Of a DNA stretch of 64,000 bases, positions 59,393-64,000 are shown piece after piece. The DNA lies in NCBI GenBank assembly GCA_963708295.1, contig CAVPSJ010000014.1, forward strand, positions 192,001-256,000, in the 5' to 3' direction. The stretch's first letter is position 1. Every line of letters starts with the position of its first letter. This DNA comes from an uncultured delta proteobacterium. GTDB lineage: Bacteria; Desulfobacterota; BSN033; UBA1163. The translations under genes were made by a program, and so were the position numbers. The notes below the pieces were generated by a model. It searched no databases. It saw only the letters and a list, made by a program, of their open reading frames with translations, and had not been told where the DNA came from.

Positions 59393-61159
59393 TTAGCCAT
59401 CGATAGAATGTCTAAACTGGTTTTTCTTACTCATCAGGAGTGTTTTAAAGATTTTAAGGAAGTTCATTCGGATGAATCGAGTCGGCCACTCCAGCTCTTT
59501 TTTCTCGCAAATCGTGGACATACTGTAATGACGGAGGGCGTCACTTCCGCTTGAGACAGACTCCAAGAGCCTCTCTCGCTCTCGGGGATCCGAAACGGCC
59601 ATGATCCGGTCGATCTCCTTCATCATCCGAACGGACCCTTCCAGCCTGGCCTCAACCGATGCTGCGGTCCTCGGATCGATCAAAGCGAATTGGGCCTTGA
59701 GCCGGTTGAGCCGTTTCCCGGCCTCATAGGTGCTGTAAACGATCTCATCCCGCGTCATCCACTCCGTTTCATAGTTGAGGATGTATTTCCAACTGGGAGA
59801 CAAGGAAGCCTGTCGGTGCTCTTCCACTGTCCGATAAAGCAGACGGTACCCATATTTTTCCGGAGTTTCAAAAACGGCACTCCCGGGATCCAAGAAAGGG
59901 GCGAGGGGGGAGATGAAGGGGATCAGTTTGTTATAGGAGCGAAATCGCTCCAAGAGAGAATGACAATAATCCACCGTCTTGAGAACGGATGAATAAGTCT
60001 GTTTTGGAAGGCCGGTCATAAAGAACAGGTCAATCCGTTTCGAGCCAAGGTCGATGGCATCTTCGAGCATGTTTTCCAGCGATCGATTGTTGTAAGGCCT
60101 TCCAAAGGCCTTCCGGACTTCTTCGTCGTGAGACTCGGGAGAGATTTCGATATTGAAGTTGAGAATGGAGTCAGCAATCCTTTCCAGTTGAGCCCTCGTC
60201 GGGGGAACAAAAAATTCAAAAGCGATATGGTTCTTGATGGGCTTCCGTTTCATCTCCCGAAGAAAAGTAAACCCATATTCCTCCCCCGGCTGAAAGATGT
60301 CGCCGATGATCATGACGGGGGCAAGCAGGTGATCCGAGACGTTGAAGATATCCTGCGCCAATGATTCGGGGTTTCGGTAGGCGGGTTTTCTCCGGTTAGC
60401 GATGTTTCGAAAGGTCTGGGCAGAGCCTCCGCACGTTCTGCAAGCGTAAGTGCATCCCCGGCAGGTGAAGACCGCCGTCACGGGATAGGTATACCAATCT
60501 TTAAAAGGCTGGTACCCTGTGGGATCAACATACCTTACCACCTTCTTCATGATGTGACTGTAGTCGATCGTTATCTCATCAAGATTTTCCGGAACATGGG
60601 TGAGGGGGTTGATTTGAATCTCATGGTTCGAGTCCCGGTAGGTGAGGTTCGGAACGTTTTTGGGGTCCCCTCCTTTTTTGATGATTTGAAGGAGCTGGAC
60701 CAGGGGGACCTCCGTAGAATCTCCTCGCATCACAAAATCGATGAATGGATATTGCCGGAGAATCTCTTGGTGAAAATAAGTGGCGGAGAGCCCGCCCAGG
60801 ATGACAGGGATGTCGGGATGAAACCGTTTGATGATCTCTGCGAGGGCCAATGCTCCCTGAACATGGGCCATCCAATGGAGATCGATCCCGAAGGCCGCGG
60901 GCTTGTGTTTCCGGATGAGCCGCTCCACATCAAATGTCTCGTCCTTCAGCATCTTCATGGCCACATTGATGATCCTGACGTTGAGGCCATGGCGCTCCAA
61001 ATATTCTGAGAGGCTGGCAAATCCGATGGGATACATTTCAAAGATGGGGGTGGAGGGAACGACATCGCTGATGGGACCATGGATTCCGGGCCGCTTTCGA
61101 AAGTCGTAAAGAGAAGGAGGATGGAAAAGGATGAGATCAATAGGTGCCATCGTCATCAC
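59393..61159 (-). CDS. B12-binding domain/radical SAM protein
   Basis: LHWMAH, ILGG, RGCTYACRTC (CxxxCxxC), PFLDPGS. Confidence 0.9.
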   Translation of the reverse strand: MMTMAPIDLILFHPPSLYDFRKRPGIHGPISDVVPSTPIFEMYPIGFASLSEYLERHGLNVRIINVAMKMLKDETFDVERLIRKHKPAAFGIDLHWMAHVQGALALAEIIKRFHPDIPVILGGLSATYFHQEILRQYPFIDFVMRGDSTEVPLVQLLQIIKKGGDPKNVPNLTYRDSNHEIQINPLTHVPENLDEITIDYSHIMKKVVRYVDPTGYQPFKDWYTYPVTAVFTCRGCTYACRTCGGSAQTFRNIANRRKPAYRNPESLAQDIFNVSDHLLAPVMIIGDIFQPGEEYGFTFLREMKRKPIKNHIAFEFFVPPTRAQLERIADSILNFNIEISPESHDEEVRKAFGRPYNNRSLENMLEDAIDLGSKRIDLFFMTGLPKQTYSSVLKTVDYCHSLLERFRSYNKLIPFISPLAPFLDPGSAVFETPEKYGYRLLYRTVEEHRQASLSPSWKYILNYETEWMTRDEIVYSTYEAGKRLNRLKAQFALIDPRTAASVEARLEGSVRMMKEIDRIMAVSDPRERERLLESVSSGSDALRHYSMSTICEKKELEWPTRFIRMNFLKIFKTLLMSKKNQFRHSIDG

Positions 61160-62307
61160 TTCGGAGGGGCTGGTTGATCCGTTGACTGAGTTTTTGTCTT
61201 ATAAGCTTCCATGATCTTCTTAATATCAGCATCTTCTTTCATCTGTTCCTGAAGCGAAAGGATGCGATTCGTAAACTGGTTTTTACCCCGGAACTGGTTC
61301 AGGGTGTGCTCCGACTCATCTTTGGCTTTCCGCAACTGAAGGCTTTCCGTCTCGGTGATCCCCTTCGAGTTTAATCGCTCGTTGTATCTCTTGACGTTGT
61401 TCTCCAGTGAAACTTTTGTTGCCGTGTTGTAAAAAACGGGATCATTGTTATAAAGGATGAGATCCAGTTTTCCTCCAAACATTCCTCGAGAAGCGGTCTG
61501 AAGGATAATGGCATTCTGGATGACCGGGGGGTAGGAGAGATTGATTCCGGTATGGCCACCCGAGATGACCTGGATGCCTTGGACCTTCTGGGCCAATTCC
61601 ATATCTTTCGCATAGCCAAGATGGCTCAGGAGAATGATCAGATCGGTTTTAGGTCTAAGCTCCCTGACCATGGCCTGTGCTGTTTCGACGGGTGGATGAA
61701 AACTCAATCCCTTCTTCCGGGGATCGGCAGGATTTGTAAACCAATCGGGTGAAAGAAGGCTAAACAGACCAATCCGAAGGCCGTTGACTTCTTTGATGAG
61801 AAAGGTCTGAAAAAGATTTTTGCCCGATCCTTCGTCGACCAGGTTGGAACAGAGGAACGGGAAATTGGCCTTCCTCGAAATTTCCAGCAGAAATTCCTTG
61901 CCTAAGGTTAAATCATCATCCCCAATTCCCATCGCATCGTAACCCATGAGATTGAAGCTTTCGATAATGAGGCGGGCCTTTTCGGCCATTGCCGGCAACT
62001 CGTTTTCTGGAACGGGATTCAGATATTTCTTAAAGAGAAGATCACCCGCATCAGAGACGAGTATTCCCTTTTCACTTACCCGTAAATCCTTTACCCATGC
62101 TCCTCGTCTGGCCAGACCGCCAGCTCGATTCTTTTCCCCTCAGGACGGGCAGGAGTCAATCTCCCCATTGATATTGTTGCTGTAGACCAGGGTAAGAGTC
62201 TTCGCTGATTTTTGGGCGTGGGATGGAGAAGCATTGAACAACAAAGAGAATCCCAGGGCCAAAAGGCCGATCACAAACCATTTTCCGTTCATCATGGGTT
62301 TTTCCAT
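61156..62307 (-). CDS. Secreted UshA/5'-nucleotidase-N-like selenoprotein (in-frame UGA at 62140-62142)
   Basis: The two track ORFs are in one frame: signal peptide, NNINGEIDSCPS-U-GEKNRAGGLARR, DAGD, MGYDAMGIG, LSHLG, GGHT. Confidence 0.88.
62104..62128 (-). promoter_or_regulatory. Bacterial SECIS element
   Basis: TCG-AG-CTGGC-GGTCTG-GCCAG-A-CGA hairpin starting 11 nt after the UGA. Confidence 0.8.
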
Positions 62308-62496
62308 AAAAATATTTATAGCCCATCCCCTCTCTGAAAACAAGTATCCCTTGACCGCTTGCCCGCCCCGGTTTTTTTCTTTTGTATCGAAGAGCGTGAT
62401 CGATCCAGTGGGAGCGAGCTTGAATCTTTTGAATGCGACCAGGGTCACATGTTGTGGCGAATCTCGTCGGTACCCATCGGCACTCACCTTTCCAGG

Positions 62497-62634
62497 TTAG
62501 GAATTACCAAGCGGATGAATTGATCCATCTGAACATTGATCGGGTCTGCGCAGGATGGCAGTCCCGCAGAATTTGAGAAACTCCCTGCGGGAAACGCCTC
62601 GTCCCCTATCCAGCCGTATTCTCTGAAAGGTCAC
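62497..62634 (-). pseudogene. Remnant of a [NiFe]-hydrogenase small-subunit-type Tat leader
   Basis: 45-aa ORF containing RGVSRREFLKFCG, divergent from hypB. Confidence 0.5.
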
Positions 62635-62708
62635 ACATCCCTTCCATTTAGAAATAGATTTCGTTATAATTCTTGACTGTATCCATTATGAAACCGAGGA
62701 GATGAGAG

Positions 62709-63383
62709 ATGAAGATCGTTAGACCGAAGGGACCTGAAATATTCGATATTGAATTGGAGAAAGATCTCCTGGCCAAAAACAGAGGGCTCGCCAAAGAGAA
62801 TCGGAAGAGGTTTGATCGTTCAAAGATATTGGCCGTTGATGTGATGGGCTCCATCGGATCGGGAAAGACTTCGTTGATCAAGGTCGTCTTGAAGAGGCTG
62901 GGAATGGGAAAGAGGGCGGCCGTCATTGCAGGGGACCTTACGACCACCATCGACGCTGAAAGAATCGAAGCGGAAGGCGCCCGTGTCATCCAGGTCAATA
63001 CCGGGAAGGAATGTCATCTCGATGCCCACCTGATTCACCAGGCCGTCGATCGGATGAAATTGGATGGCGTGGACGTCCTTTTCATTGAGAATGTGGGAAA
63101 TCTGATCTGTCCGGGAGAATTTCCTCTGGGCGCCCATAAGAGGCTGGTGGTGACCTCCGTGACCGAAGGGCCTTACACCGTCGTCAAACATCCCTATATC
63201 TTCAGAGAGGCGGATGTGATCGTTCTCAATAAAATGGACATGGCTAAACCCATGAGAGTAAGTCTTTCCAAACTGGAAAGGGATGCCCGGCAGATCAACC
63301 CGCGGGCCTTTTTGATCAAGACCAATGCGCTGAGTGGAAGGGGTATTCCTAAAGTCATTGAAGCTCTCGGGCTGAAACGCTAG
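62709..63383 (+). CDS. hypB: Hydrogenase nickel-incorporation GTPase
   Basis: GSIGSGKT, ECHLDA, ENVGNLICP, NKMD. Confidence 0.95.
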   Translation: MKIVRPKGPEIFDIELEKDLLAKNRGLAKENRKRFDRSKILAVDVMGSIGSGKTSLIKVVLKRLGMGKRAAVIAGDLTTTIDAERIEAEGARVIQVNTGKECHLDAHLIHQAVDRMKLDGVDVLFIENVGNLICPGEFPLGAHKRLVVTSVTEGPYTVVKHPYIFREADVIVLNKMDMAKPMRVSLSKLERDARQINPRAFLIKTNALSGRGIPKVIEALGLKR

Positions 63384-63492
63384 GAGTGTACCCCATAAAT
63401 AGAACGATGTCTGAAAATGATTATTTCCAGCAAGAAAGGCTATCCAAGTGCTTTTTGAGATATAGCGTTATTTCTGCGGTACACCCCTAGCC

Positions 63493-63865
63493 ATGCACGA
63501 ATTCTCCATCTCCGACGAAATCGTAAAAAATGTCCTGGGCGCCGTAAAAGAGAACAATGGCAAAAAGGTTCTCTCCATCCAGCTTAGAGATCGGAGAGTT
63601 GGCGCTTCTCAATGTGGAGCAGGTTACGTTCTGGATTCGAGAGATGTTCAAGGGATCGGTTGCCGAGGGAGCAAAAGTCAAAGTTAGAACGATCAAGGCT
63701 CGCATCAAATGTGAATCCTGCGGATACCGGGGGGGAATGAATCTGGATCAACGAGACCCTTTCCGACACGCTATTCCTTATTCCTGTCCGAAATGCCAGT
63801 CGTTCCAGATCGACGTCGAAAAGGGACGGGAGTGTCATCTCAAAAAAATTCAGGTACTCCGATAA
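63493..63865 (+). CDS. hypA: Hydrogenase nickel metallochaperone (frameshift near 63585)
   Basis: MHEFSI, then IGEL..CESCG..CPKCQS..GRE in the shifted frame. Confidence 0.9.
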
Positions 63866-64000
63866 GGCTGGAGAAAAACCCATTTCATGTCCTCCATAGA
63901 TTTTTCACTCCTCAGGGATCGAGAGGGGTTTTCCTCTCGCGTGATGGAAGCTTTGGCACGGGAGCCCGTCCGTTCCGGATCAGCGACGGGTGATCCGCAG

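Overview
Chromosomal window from an anaerobic, probably deltaproteobacterial (Desulfobacterota-like) genome; the taxon is inferred from gene content only. In order it contains: an adenine-deaminase-like gene and trpB2; an aminotransferase/NuoEFG-like/IorAB operon with two unusual domain fusions; a GntR-controlled catabolic island (Mo-hydroxylase, TRAP transporter, CoA ligase, hydantoinase/oxoprolinase pair, B12 acyl-CoA mutase, CoA transferase, acyl-CoA dehydrogenase); tadA, two tRNA-Ser, a GIY-YIG gene, SRP RNA and dnaX-ybaB-recR; porCDAB with a second NuoEFG-like module; and a selenium neighbourhood (tRNA-Sec, selA, an UGA-recoded UshA-like selenoprotein) next to hypBA. Many short frameshifts look like assembly indels. 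Best leads: (1) a ~185-nt multi-stem RNA-like element with a duplicated sequence/structure module directly upstream of a stand-alone GIY-YIG nuclease at a tRNA 3' end; (2) about 15 intergenic 7-8-nt-periodic inverted repeats, one of which encloses a four-helix-bundle gene and one of which is flanked by a duplicated RBS/start junction; (3) IorA with an inserted GltD/NfnB-like domain plus a NuoG-like/GcvH-like fusion; (4) a CxxU selenoprotein with a clear SECIS; (5) a Phe-rich leader ORF coupled to trpB2. All calls were made by eye, with no database searches.
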